A stretch of DNA of 64,000 bases from Lingula anatina (taxonomy: Eukaryota; Animalia; Brachiopoda), in NCBI GenBank assembly GCA_051362555.1, contig CM120643.1:5084001-5148000 (forward strand), in the 5' to 3' direction. The notes below the pieces were generated by a model. The model was not told the origin of the DNA, searched no databases, and saw nothing but the letters and a program-made list of their open reading frames with translations. This document shows, one piece after another, positions 13,116 to 27,715 of the stretch; position 1 is the stretch's first letter; the number at the start of each line of letters is the position of its first letter. A program made the translations under genes and the position numbers.

Positions 13116-14775
13116 CAGACTTGACATTTAATATGGAATATTTCAGTTTCGAAGGTATGCCTAGGTAAAAATGCATCCTTTTTTCAAAAAACTCAGATCT
13201 CATATAAGATATGTGAATGGAGAAGTGTGTAGTCAGGTGTGTCGCTTCCAATTCACTGAATTCCAGGTTTGTTGCGCTGCTGCATTATGTAATATGCAGT
13301 GATTTAATTGGGTAGTGCTCCTTTGGGCAGGTCAAAGCTTGGCTTTGGCAAAGCATGGTTCTTCCAAAAAAGTATCCATATGTCGGTAACTACTGCATAG
13401 AAAAATTTGAAATTTGGCATGCAAGTGGTCAGTTTTGCAAGGTGTAAAATGAACTATGCACTGCTCCGCAAATTTGTTAATCTGTGGCAGAATGGCTCGA
13501 AAAAGCCAGGCATTGCCAGACAGATAATTGCGCCAAACGAAACGGTCCGCACAGTTTTATAGAGTAATGTCCAGACTGATGCACCTACACAGAGACCACA
13601 CCCAATGTATTGAAATCTTACCACCAGGGTACAGGACGTACTGTCTGTCGGGATATGTTGTTGCAACTAAACAAAAACCACCCAGTCCGTTCAGAATGAG
13701 GGGTAAATTGCCACCAAAACGCATTTTTCAAGGCCCTTAGCGAACACCAAACTGGTTTTAGCTGGTTAGAATACCAGACGACCTCGGGGGAACCCACTGT
13801 AAACAGCAAAACATCGCTGTATGTTTCTCTAATGAATTGGGGACCTTGACTGTTTCTGAGTTGAACACTGAAAACTCGTGGCCTTCTTTATTGAGGTCAG
13901 TTTTCACCTATACCGCTCAACTTGTCAAAACAGAATTTATAGACATCCAGAAGAGGCCAACAACTAAGCGTGTGCCGCGTTTAAAGTGACTAAGTTCATT
14001 AACAGCGTCGGTAATTGGAGCGGATACCACATTGGTGCCAAAACACCAATGATGGTCATCCACGAAAACCTGAACCAGATCAAATAAAGGAATAATCTGG
14101 GAAGCACTTGACAATCATTTGACAGGGGGCACCTTAGGAACAATTTTAGGTTGCACGGTGAAATTGCCGGAACACACAGAGCACTTTTAAAAGCAGATTA
14201 CTTACAGAACCAAGGGAATGAGCAGCTACCTTGGTAATCAAAATCGAACCTTTGAACCAATTAGACAATATGTGGGTAGGCCATTACTCGCCGAATCAAT
14301 GGCCTACATGTCCTACAACAAAACTGGACCAAATTGGACAGATTTTGACCGATGCCTGGAATGTTATTCCAGATTTAACTCTAAAAACCTAACCCAAGGA
14401 ATGCCTTGCCCCTTGAGAGCGCTGGTAGCAGACAGAAGAGGTCAAGCGTAACAGTGACCGTTACTGTGACTAGACACTGACATGGGGGTTCTTTGTGAGG
14501 CGTGTAACTCTTTTACAGAAAATAATTTGGAAAATATGGAGATCCAAAATATCTCTTTTAATTGTTGTCGTATGACATAGAATAGGCAATGTGTTTTTGT
14601 TTGCTTCTCTGGCGAATTCCATTAATTAACTGAAGACACAATGACATCAAAAGGATAATTAAAAGTTATTAAAACCCAATTTTAAGCCTTATTTTCATTT
14701 ATCAGTCAGCAAAATAGGAAAAAACTGATGAAAAATGATTTGGAAAAAAATATTCCATATTAAATGTCAAGTCTG
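13116..14775 (+). mobile_element. Tc1/mariner-like DNA transposon, 1660 bp, inserted in a (TA)n tract
   Basis: Perfect 28-bp TIR CAGACTTGACATTTAATATGGAATATTT at both ends, flanked by TA. Sister units show an uninterrupted actacc(at)n tract. Confidence 0.9.
13449..13700 (+). pseudogene. Degenerate paired-like helix-turn-helix of a Tc1-type transposase
   Basis: Manual translation gives MNYALLRKFVNLWQNGSKKPGIARQIIAPNETVRTVL*SNVQTDAPTQRP, resembling the Tc1/paired pattern R..IV.L...G.....IARQL......V..IL. In-frame stops are present. Confidence 0.5.
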
Positions 14776-17700
14776 TATATATATATATATAATTTTTTTT
14801 TTTCATTGATGATTTATTATCTGTTTTTAATAGAAATGAAGGTGTGTTGCCTGGATTATCATCACACTGAGGACAGTTGAATTCATCTGTTCACCGTCTC
14901 GTTCTACAACCACACAGTATCAGCAAAGGTCAGTGCAACAAAGATATTGCTACACTGGTGATTCTATTCAATCCCATTGTGACCATCGCCACTATATGTT
15001 GTAACTGGGTAATCATCATTCGTAAATGGATCATTGAGATCCAAATCAGTTTTTGATATGTTCAGGGTGACAAGGGTTAATGTTAACTGTTTGGAGTTGG
15101 GGGGCGAGCATTCATTGGGCAAAACTCTTGATATGAACAAAATTTCATGTATACATCTTGATGACTTTGCATTGTCTGTTGATATATTGAATGTGTCTGT
15201 ATGTATTCTGATCACTGTCTATCTCTTTATTGTCACTGTATGTGTTTATTATAATATAATAATATATTTTGATCACTGTGTTACACATTTTTTAAAAATG
15301 GCCCAATTCTTTTTCACCAAGTGGGCCAAAATGGCCCTACCAGATTTTGACCCAGGTATAAAGATCCCTGTTATTCTCAGGAAAATCCAATTTATTTACT
15401 TTTTAAAACATAAAATCAATAGAATGTTTCTAATATAAATTTTCAAAACAACACCAGAGGGCAAATTAAATCAAATCAACCAGTGGCTAAACACAGGCAG
15501 GCTTTGTCAATTACACCAACTTGTTTATTTCAAACAGTGCACTTTTCGGACATGCGCAGTCGTTTGAATCCTGTGCTATTGTGTGAACAATTTATTTCAA
15601 TGAATTATAGAAATCAATTTCTTCATTTTCCTTTGGTTTGTTTCATATTTTCTATTTCAAGATATGATACTTTACTGCTTGGGGATGCTCTTCCCATTGC
15701 TGCATTTTACAATGTAGTGCTTGCTTTATCCACTTGGCGGCAGCACCTTACAGTGAGGCTGAAGTCTTCATTAAGTCTCAATGGTGTGTTTCTGACTCTG
15801 TGTGAATGTGTGTGTGTGTGTGTGAGAAAGAGAGAAAAAGTTTGTGTGTGTGTGTGTGTGTTTGTGAGTTATAGAGAGAGGGGGAGAGAGAGAGACAGAA
15901 AGCTTGTTTGTGGGAGGGTGTGGTAAGAGAGATAGAGAATTTAGTATTAAAAAAGATCAAAGAACTTCAAAAGTGATTTTAAAAAACTAAACAATTTTAT
16001 GCCAATTTTGAAAGTTGTATTATTTTTAGAATACAAAAACAGAAAAATTTGACATTTTGTTAAAACAAAGAAGTGTTCAGCTTATCCAGTATTTAAAAAA
16101 AAATAAAAAAATTATATAACACACACATGATCAGGCGAAAAATCTCTTTATATGTGTAATATTGTGCTATATATCATGCATACTCAGTTTTAGATATGCT
16201 CAAGGTGACAATAAAGGGTAAATGTGAACTGTTGAGATTTGGGTGGGGGTGGGAATGAGTTGTGCGCTTAGCAAAAATCTTGATATAGACAAAATTTTAT
16301 AGATACATTCTGATGCCTGTGTATTGTCTGTTGTGACATTGAATTAGTCTGTATGTATTCTGATCATCTGAACTCAACTCAACCTCACATCATCAGCACA
16401 GGTCAGTGCAACAACGATATTGGTACACTGGTGATTCTCTTCAATCCCATTTTGAACATTGCCGCTATATGTTTTACCTGCAAAATTATCATTTTGGAAA
16501 AAGGTGAATTAGATCCCACTCAGTTTTATATATATTCAAGGTGACAAGGGTTAATGTAAACTGTTGGGGGGGGGGGGGGGGAGTTCACTAAGCAAAAATC
16601 TTTATATAGACAAAATTTCATGTATAACTGATGCTTGTTCATTGTCTGTTGTGACATTGAATGTGTCTGCTTGTATTCTGATCACTGTCTTTGTCTTTAT
16701 TGTTCCTGTATGTGTTTATTATAATATAATAATATATTTTGATCACTGTGTTATGTCTGTGTTGTAACTACCGTATATATCTAAATATATAATAGTATAT
16801 ATATATATATATATATACTTTTTTTTAAATGATGATTTATTATCTGTTTTCAGTAGAAATGAAGGTGTGTTTCCAGGATTATCATCACATTGAGGACAGT
16901 TGAATTCATCTGTTCACCATCTCCTTCTACAACCACACAGTATCAGGAAAGGTCAGTGCAACAACGATATTGCTACACTGGTGATTCTATTCAATCCCAT
17001 TGTGACCATCGCCACTACATGTTGTAACTGGGAAATTATCATTTGTAAATGGGTCATTGAGATCTAAATCAGTTTTTGATATGTTCAGGGTGACAAGGGT
17101 TAATGTTAGCTGTTTGGAATTGGGGGATGAGGGTTCGCTGGGCAAAACTCTTGATATAAACAAAATTTCATGTATACATCTTGATGACTTTGCATTGTCT
17201 GTTGATATATTGAATGTGTCTGTATGTATTCTGATCACTGTCTTTGTCTTTGTTGTTGCTGTATGTGTTTATTATAATATAATAATATATTTTGATCACT
17301 GTGTTATGTCTGTGTTGTAACTACCGTATATATCTAAATATATAATAGTATATATATATATATATATATATATATACTTTTTTTTAAATGATGATTTATT
17401 ATCTGTTTTCGGTAGAAATGAAGGCGTGTTTCCAGGATTATCATCACACTGAGGACAGTTGAATTCATCTGTTCACCATCTCCTTCTACAATGATATATT
17501 GATATATTGAATGTGTCTGTATGTATTCTGATCACTGTCTATCTCTTTATTGTCACTGTATGTGTTTATTATAATATAATAATATATTTTGATCACTGTG
17601 TTACACATTTTTTAAAAATGGCCCAATTCTTTTTCACCAAGTGGGCCAAAATGGCCCTACCAGATTTTGACCCAGGTATAAAGATCCCTGTTATTCTCAG

Positions 17701-20700
17701 GAAAATCCAATTTATTTACTTTTTAAAACATAAAATCAATAGAATGTTTCTAATATAAATTTTCAAAACAACACCAGAGGGCAAATTAAATCAAATCAAC
17801 CAGTGGCTAAACACAGGCAGGCTTTGTCAATTACACCAACTTGTTTATTTCAAACAGTGCACTTTTCGGACATGCGCAGTCGTTTGAATCCTGTGCTATT
17901 GTGTGAACAATTTATTTCAATGAATTATAGAAATCAATTTCTTCATTTTCCTTTGGTTTGTTTCATATTTTCTATTTCAAGATATGATACTTTACTGCTT
18001 GGGGATGCTCTTCCCATTGCTGCATTTTACAATGTAGTGCTTGCTTTATCCACTTGGCGGCAGCACCTTACAGTGAGGCTGAAGTCTTCATTAAGTCTCA
18101 ATGATGTCTTGGTGTGTTTCTGACTCTGTGTGAATGTGTGTGTGTGTGTCTGTGTGTGTGTGAGAAAGAGAAAAAGTTTGTGTGTGTGTATGTGTGAGTT
18201 AGAGAGAGAGGAGGAGAGAGAGAGAGAGAAAGCTTGTTTGTGGGAGGGTGTGGTAAGAGAGATAGAGAATTTAGTATTAAAAAAGCTCAAAGAACTTCAA
18301 AATTGATTTTAAAAAACTAAACAATAATTTTATGCCAATTTTGAAAGTTGTATTATTTTTAGAATACAAAAACAGAAAAATTTGACATTTTGTTAAAACA
18401 AAGAAGTGTTCAGCTTATCCAGTATTTTAAAAATAATAAAAAATTATATAACACACACATGATCAGGCGAAAAATCTCTTTATATGTGTAATATTGTGCT
18501 ATATATCATGCATACTCAGTTTTAGATATGCTCAAGGTGACAATAAAGGGTAAATGTGAACTGTTGAGATTTGGGTGGGGGTGGGAATGAGTTGTGCGCT
18601 TAGCAAAAATCTTGATATAGACAAAATTTTATAGATACATTCTGATGCCTGTGTATTGTCTGTTGTGACATTGAATTAGTCTGTATGTATTCTGATCATC
18701 TGAACTCAACTCAACCTCACATCATCAGCACAGGTCAGTGCAACAACGATATTGGTACACTGGTGATTCTCTTCAATCCCATTTTGAACATTGCCGCTAT
18801 ATGTTTTACCTGCAAAATTATCATTTTGGAAAAAGGTGAATTAGATCCCACTCAGTTTTATATATATTCAAGGTGACAAGGGTTAATGTAAACTGTTGGG
18901 GGGGGGGGGGGGGGAGTTCACTAAGCAAAAATCTTTATATAGACAAAATTTCATGTATAACTGATGCTTGTTCATTGTCTGTTGTGACATTGAATGTGTC
19001 TGCTTGTATTCTGATCACTGTCTATGTCTTTATTGTTCCTGTATGTGTTTATTATAATATAATAATATATTTTGATCACTGTGTTATACTTTTTTTTAAA
19101 TGATGATTTATTATCTGTTTTCAGTAGAAATGAAGGTGTGTTTCCAGGATTATCATCACACTGAGGACAGTTGAATTCATCTGTTCACCATCTCCTTCTA
19201 CAACCACACAGTATCAGGAAAGGTCAGTGCAACAACGATATTGCTACACTGGTGATTCTATTCAATCCCATTGTGACCATCGCCACTACATGTTGTAACT
19301 GGGAAATTATCATTTGTAAATGGGTCATTGAGATCTAAATCAGTTTTTGATATGTTCAGGGTGACAAGGGTTAATGTTAGCTGTTTGGAATTGGGGGATG
19401 AGGGTTCGCTGGGCAAAACTCTTGATATAAACAAAATTTCATGTATACATCTTGATGACTTTGCATTGTCTGTTGATATATTGAATGTGTCTGTATGTAT
19501 TCTGATCACTGTCTTTGTCTTTGTTGTTGCTGTATGTGTTTATTATAATATAATAATATATTTTGATCACTGTGTTATGTCTGTGTTGTAACTACCGTAT
19601 ATATCTAAATATATAATAGTATATATATATATATATATATATACTTTTTTTTAAATGATGATTTATTATCTGTTTTCGGTAGAAATGAAGGCGTGTTTCC
19701 AGGATTATCATCACACTGAGGACAGTTGAATTCATCTGTTCACCATCTCCTTCTACAATGATATATTGATATATTGAATGTGTCTGTATGTATTCTGATC
19801 ACTGTCTATCTCTTTATTGTCACTGTATGTGTTTATTATAATATAATAATATATTTTGATCACTGTGTTACACATTTTTTAAAAATGGCCCAATTCTTTT
19901 TCACCAAGTGGGCCAAAATGGCCCTACCAGATTTTGACCCAGGTATAAAGATCCCTGTTATTCTCAGGAAAATCCAATTTATTTACTTTTTAAAACATAA
20001 AATCAATAGAATGTTTCTAATATAAATTTTCAAAACAACACCAGAGGGCAAATTAAATCAAATCAACCAGTGGCTAAACACAGGCAGGCTTTGTCAATTA
20101 CACCAACTTGTTTATTTCAAACAGTGCACTTTTCGGACATGCGCAGTCGTTTGAATCCTGTGCTATTGTGTGAACAATTTATTTCAATGAATTATAGAAA
20201 TCAATTTCTTCATTTTCCTTTGGTTTGTTTCATATTTTCTATTTCAAGATATGATACTTTACTGCTTGGGGATGCTCTTCCCATTGCTGCATTTTACAAT
20301 GTAGTGCTTGCTTTATCCACTTGGCGGCAGCACCTTACAGTGAGGCTGAAGTCTTCATTAAGTCTCAATGATGTCTTGGTGTGTTTCTGACTCTGTGTGA
20401 ATGTGTGTGTGTGTGTCTGTGTGTGTGTGAGAAAGAGAAAAAGTTTGTGTGTGTGTATGTGTGAGTTAGAGAGAGAGGAGGAGAGAGAGAGAGAGAAAGC
20501 TTGTTTGTGGGAGGGTGTGGTAAGAGAGATAGAGAATTTAGTATTAAAAAAGCTCAAAGAACTTCAAAATTGATTTTAAAAAACTAAACAATAATTTTAT
20601 GCCAATTTTGAAAGTTGTATTATTTTTAGAATACAAAAACAGAAAAATTTGACATTTTGTTAAAACAAAGAAGTGTTCAGCTTATCCAGTATTTTAAAAA

Positions 20701-21368
20701 TAATAAAAAATTATATAACACACACATGATCAGGCGAAAAATCTCTTTATATGTGTAATATTGTGCTATATATCATGCATACTCAGTTTTAGATATGCTC
20801 AAGGTGACAATAAAGGGTAAATGTGAACTGTTGAGATTTGGGTGGGGGTGGGAATGAGTTGTGCGCTTAGCAAAAATCTTGATATAGACAAAATTTTATA
20901 GATACATTCTGATGCCTGTGTATTGTCTGTTGTGACATTGAATTAGTCTGTATGTATTCTGATCATCTGAACTCAACTCAACCTCACATCATCAGCACAG
21001 GTCAGTGCAACAACGATATTGGTACACTGGTGATTCTCTTCAATCCCATTTTGAACATTGCCGCTATATGTTTTACCTGCAAAATTATCATTTTGGAAAA
21101 AGGTGAATTAGATCCCACTCAGTTTTATATATATTCAAGGTGACAAGGGTTAATGTAAACTGTTGGGGGGGGGGGGGGGAGTTCACTAAGCAAAAATCTT
21201 TATATAGACAAAATTTCATGTATAACTGATGCTTGTTCATTGTCTGTTGTGACATTGAATGTGTCTGCTTGTATTCTGATCACTGTCTATGTCTTTATTG
21301 TTCCTGTATGTGTTTATTATAATATAATAATATATTTTGATCACTGTGTTATGTCTGTGTTGTAACTA

Positions 21369-21459
<91 letters not shown>

Positions 21460-24400
21460 TTCATTGATGATTTATTATCTGTTTTTAATAGAAATGAAGG
21501 CGTGTTTCCAGGATTATCATCACACTGAGGACAGTTGAATTCATCTGTTCACCATCTCCTTCTACAACCACACAGTATCAGCAAAGGTCAGTGCAACAAC
21601 GATATTGCTACACTGGTGATTCTATTCAATCCCATTGTGACCATCACCACTATATGTTGTAACTGGGAAATTATCATTTGTAAATGGGTCATTGAGATCC
21701 AAATCAGTTTTTGATATGTTCAGGGTGACAAGGGTCAATGTTAACTGTTTGGAGTTGTTGGGGCGAGCGTTCGCTGGGCAAAACTCTTGATATAAACAAA
21801 ATTTCATGTATACATCTTGATGACTTTGCATTGTCTGTTGATATATTGAATGTGTCTGTATGTATTCTGATCACTGTCTATCTCTTTATTGTCACTGTAT
21901 GTGTTTATTATAATATAATAATATATTTTGATCACTGTGTTACACATTTTTTAAAAATGGCCCAATTCTTTTTCACCAAGTGGGCCAAAATGGCCCTACC
22001 AGATTTTGACCCAGGTATAAAGATCCCTGTTATTCTCAGGAAAATCCAATTTATTTACTTTTTAAAACATAAAATCATAGAATGTTTCTAATATAAATTT
22101 TCAAAACAACACCAGAGGGCAAATTAAATCAAATCAACCAGTGGCTAAACACAGGCAGGCTTTGTCAATTACACCAACTTGTTTATTTCAAACAGTGCAC
22201 TTTTCGGACATGCGCAGTCGTTTGAATCCTGTGCTATTGTGTGAACAATTTATTTCAATGAATTATAGAAATCAATTTCTTCATTTTCCTTTGGTTTGTT
22301 TCATATTTTCTATTTCAAGATATGATACTTTACTGCTTGGGGATGCTCTTCCCATTGCTGCATTTTACAATGTAGTGCTTGCTTTATCCACTTGGCGGCA
22401 GCACCTTACAGTGAGGCTGAAGTCTTCATTAAGTCTCAATGATGTCTTGGTGTGTTTCTGACTCTGTGTGAATGTGTGTGTGTGTGTCTGTGTGTGTGTG
22501 TGAGAAAGAGAAAAAGTTTGTGTGTGTGTATGTGTGAGTTATAGAGAGAGGGGGAGAGAGAGAGAGAGAAAGCTTGTTTGTGGGAGGGTGTGGTAAGAGA
22601 GATAGAGAATTTAGTATTAAAAAAGCTCAAAGAACTTCAAAATTGATTTTAAAAAACTAAACAATAATTTTATGCCAATTTTGAAAGTTGTATTATTTTT
22701 AGAATACAAAAACAGAAAAATTTGACATTTTGTTAAAACAAAGAAGTGTTCAGCTTATCCAGTATTTTAAAAATAATAAAAAATTATATAACACACACAT
22801 GATCAGGCGAAAAATCTCTTTATATCTGTAATATTGTGCCATTATATCATGCATACTCAGTTTTAGATATACTCAAGGTGACAATAAAGGGTAAATGTGA
22901 ACTGTTGAGATTTGGTTGGGGGTGGGAGGGAGTTGTACGCTTAGCAAAAATCTTGATATAGACAAAATTTTATAGATACATTCTGATGCCTGTGTATTGT
23001 CTGTTGTGACATTGAATTAGTCTGTATGTATTCTGATCATCTGAACTCAACTCAACCTCACATCATCAGCACAGGTCAGTGCAACAACGATATTGGTACA
23101 CTGGTGATTCTCTTCAATCCCATTTTGAACATTGCCGCTATATGTTTTACCTGCAAAATTATCATTTTGGAAAAAGGTGAATTAGATCCCACTCAGTTTT
23201 ATATATATTCAAGGTGACAAGGGTTAATGTAAACTGTTGGGGGGGGGGGAGTTCACTAAGCAAAAATCTTTATATAGACAAAATTTCATGTATAACTGAT
23301 GCTTGTTCATTGTCTGTTGTGACATTGAATGTGTCTGCTTGTATTCTGATCACTGTCTATGTCTTTATTGTTCCTGTATGTGTTTATTATAATATAATAA
23401 TATATCTTCATCAGTGTTATTTCTGTGTTGTAGCTACCATATATATATATATATACTTTTTTTTTAAATGATGATTTATTATCTGTTTTCAGTAGAAATG
23501 AAGGCGTGTTTCCAGGATTATCATCACACTGAGGACAGTTGAATTCATCTGTTCACCATCTCCTTCTACAACCACACAGTATCAGCAAAGGTCAGTGCAA
23601 CAAAGATATTGCTACACTGGTGATTCTATTCAATCCCATTGTGACCATCGCCACTATATGTTGTAACTGGGAAATCATCATTGGTAAATGGATCATTTAG
23701 ATCCAAATCAGTTTTTGATATGTTCAGGGTTACAAGGGTTAATGTTAACTGTTTGGAGATGGGGGGCGAGCATTCGCTGGGCAAAACTCTTGATATAAAC
23801 AAAATTTCATGTATACATCTTGATGACTTTGCATTGTCTGTTGATATATTGAATGTGTCTGTATGTATTCTAATCACTGTCTTTGTCTTTGTTGTTGCTG
23901 CATGTATGTGTTTATTATAATATAATAATATATTTTGATCACTGTGTTATGTCTGTGTTGTAACTACCGTATATATCTACATATATATATATATACTTTT
24001 TTTAAAAATAATGATTTATTATCTGTTTTCAGTAGAAATGAAGGCGTGTTTCCAGGATTATCATCACACTGAGGACAGTTGAATTCATCTGTTCACCATC
24101 TCCTTCTACAACCACACAGTATCAGCAAAGGTCAGTGCAACAACGATATTGCTACACTGGTGATTCTATTCAATCCCATTGTGACCATCACCACTATATG
24201 TTGTAACTGGGAAATTATCATTTGTAAATGGGTCATTGAGATTCAAATCAGTTTTTGATATGTTCAGGGTGACAAGGGTCAATGTTAACTGTTTGGAGTT
24301 GTTGGGGCGAGCGTTCGCTGGGCAAAACTCTTGATATAAACAAAATTTCATGTATACATCTTGATGACTTTGCATTGTCTGTTGATATATTGAATGTGTC

Positions 24401-26534
24401 TGTATGTATTCTGATCACTGTCTATCTCTTTATTGTCACTGTATGTGTTTATTATAATATAATAATATATTTTGATCACTGTGTTACACATTTTTTAAAA
24501 ATGGCCCAATTCTTTTTCACCAAGTGGGCCAAAATGGCCCTACCAGATTTTGACCCAGGTATAAAGATCCCTGTTATTCTCAGGAAAATCCAATTTATTT
24601 ACTTTTTAAAACATAAAATCATAGAATGTTTCTAATATAAATTTTCAAAACAACACCAGAGGGCAAATTAAATCAAATCAACCAGTGGCTAAACACAGGC
24701 AGGCTTTGTCAATTACACCAACTTGTTTATTTCAAACAGTGCACTTTTCGGACATGCGCAGTCGTTTGAATCCTGTGCTATTGTGTGAACAATTTATTTC
24801 AATGAATTATAGAAATCAATTTCTTCATTTTCCTTTGGTTTGTTTCATATTTTCTATTTCAAGATATGATACTTTACTGCTTGGGGATGCTCTTCCCATT
24901 GCTGCATTTTACAATGTAGTGCTTGCTTTATCCACTTGGCGGCAGCACCTTACAGTGAGGCTGAAGTCTTCATTAAGTCTCAATGATGTCTTGGTGTGTT
25001 TCTGACTCTGTGTGAATGTGTGTGTGTGTGTCTGTGTGTGTGTGTGAGAAAGAGAAAAAGTTTGTGTGTGTGTATGTGTGAGTTAGAGAGAGAGGAGGAG
25101 AGAGAGAGAGAGAAAGCTTGTTTGTGGGAGGGTGTGGTAAGAGAGATAGAGAATTTAGTATTAAAAAAGCTCAAAGAACTTCAAAATTGATTTTAAAAAA
25201 CTAAACAATAATTTTATGCCAATTTTGAAAGTTGTATTATTTTTAGAATACAAAAACAGAAAAATTTGACATTTTGTTAAAACAAAGAAGTGTTCAGCTT
25301 ATCCAGTATTTTAAAAATAATAAAAAATTATATAACATACACATGATCAGGCGAAAAATCTCTTTATATCTGTAATATTGTGCCATTATATCATGCATAC
25401 TCAGTTTTAGATATACTCAAGGTGACAATAAAGGGTAAATGTGAACTGTTGAGATTTGGGTGGGGGTGGGAGGGAGTTGTGCACTTAGCAAAAATCTTGA
25501 TATAGACAAAATTTTATAGATACATTCTGATGCCTGTGTATTGTCTGTTGTGACATTGAATTAGTCTGTATGTATTCTGATCATCTGAACTCAACTCAAC
25601 CTCACATCATCAGCACAGGTCAGTGCAACAACGATATTGGTACACTGGTGATTCTCTTCAATCCCATTTTGTACATTGCTTCTATATGTTTTACCTGCAA
25701 AATTATCATTTTGGAAAAAGGTGAATTAGATCCCACTCAGTTTTATATATATTCAAGGTGACAAGGGTTAATGTAAACTGTTGGGGGGGGGGGGGGGGGG
25801 ACGGGAGTTCACTAAGCAAAAATCTTTATATAGACAAAATTTCATGTATAACTGATGCTTGTTCATTGTCTGTTGTGACATTGAATGTGTCTGCATGTAT
25901 TCTGATCACTGTCTATGTCTTTATTGTTCCTGTATGTGTTTATTATAATATAATAATATATCTTGATCACTGTGTTATGTCTGTGTTGTAACTACCATAT
26001 ATATATATATATATAAATTTTTTTTTTTCATTGATGATTTATTATCTGTTTTTAATAGAAATGAAGGTGTGTTGCCTGGATTATCATCACACTGAGGACA
26101 GTTGAATTCATCTGTTCACCGTCTCGTTCTACAACCACACAGTATCAGCAAAGGTCAGTGCAACAAAGATATTGCTACACTGGTGATTCTATTCAATCCC
26201 ATTGTGACCATCGCCACTATATGTTGTAACTGGGTAATCATCATTCGTAAATGGATCATTGAGATCCAAATCAGTTTTTGATATGTTCAGGGTGACAAGG
26301 GTTAATGTTAACTGTTTGGAGTTGGGGGGCGAGCATTCGTTGGGCAAAACTCTTGATATAAACAAAATTTCATGTATACATCTTGATGACTTTGCATTGT
26401 CTGTTGAGACATTGAATGTGTCTGCATGTATTCTGATCACTGTCTATCTCTTTATTGTTGCTGTATGTGTTTATTATAATATAATAATATATTTTGATCA
26501 CTGTGTTATGTCTGTGTTGTAACTACCATATCTC

Positions 26535-26592
<58 letters not shown>

Positions 26593-27086
26593 CTTTTTTT
26601 TAAATGATGATTTATTATCTGTTTTCAGTAGAAATGAAGGTGTGTTTCCAGGATTATCATCACACTGAGGACAGTTGAATTCATCTGTTCACCATCTCCT
26701 TCTACAACCACACAGTATCAGGAAAGGTCAGTGCAACAACGATATTGCTACACTGGTGATTCTATTCAATCCCATTGTGACCATCACCACTATATGTTGT
26801 AACTGGGAAATTATCATTTGTGATCCAAATCAGTTTTTGATATGTTCAGGGTGACAAGGGTCAATGTTAACTGTTTGGAGTTGGGGGGGGCAAGCGTTCG
26901 CTGGGCAAAACTCTTGATATAAACAAAATTTCATGTATACATCTTGATGACTCTGCATTGTCTGTTGATATATTGAATGTGTCTGTATGTATTCTGATCA
27001 CTGTCTATCTCTTTATTGTCACTGTATGTGTTTATTATAATATAATAATATATTTTGATCACTGTGTTATGTCTGTGTTGTAACTA

Positions 27087-27150
<64 letters not shown>

Positions 27151-27684
27151 TTTTTTTTAAATGATGATTTATTATCTGTTTTCAGTAGAAATGAAGGTGT
27201 GTTTCCAGGATTATCATCACATTGAGGACAGTTGAATTCATCTGTTCACCATCTCCTTCTACAACCACACAGTATCAGGAAAGGTCAGTGCAACAACGAT
27301 ATTGCTACACTGGTGATTCTATTCAATCCCATTGTGACCATCGCCACTACATGTTGTAACTGGGAAATTATCATTTGTAAATGGGTCATTGAGATCTAAA
27401 TCAGTTTTTGATATGTTCAGGGTGACAAGGGTTAATGTTAGCTGTTTGGAATTGGGGGATGAGGGTTCGCTGGGCAAAACTCTTGATATAAACAAAATTT
27501 CATGTATACATCTTGATGACTTTGCATTGTCTGTTGATATATTGAATGTGTCTGTATGTATTCTGATCACTGTCTTTGTCTTTGTTGTTGCTGTATGTGT
27601 TTATTATAATATAATAATATATTTTGATCACTGTGTTATGTCTGTGTTGTAACTACCGTATATATCTAAATATATAATAGTATA

Positions 27685-27715
<31 letters not shown>

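Larger units (their letters stand above)
3790..15280. repeat. Third, slightly more diverged copy of the higher-order block, carrying two transposon insertions
   Basis: Same order of unit variants as 19090-26500 at an offset of ~15.3 kb once insertions are removed: 4026/19328, 4776/20070, 6821/22141, 9367/24685, 12687/25570. Confidence 0.8.
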
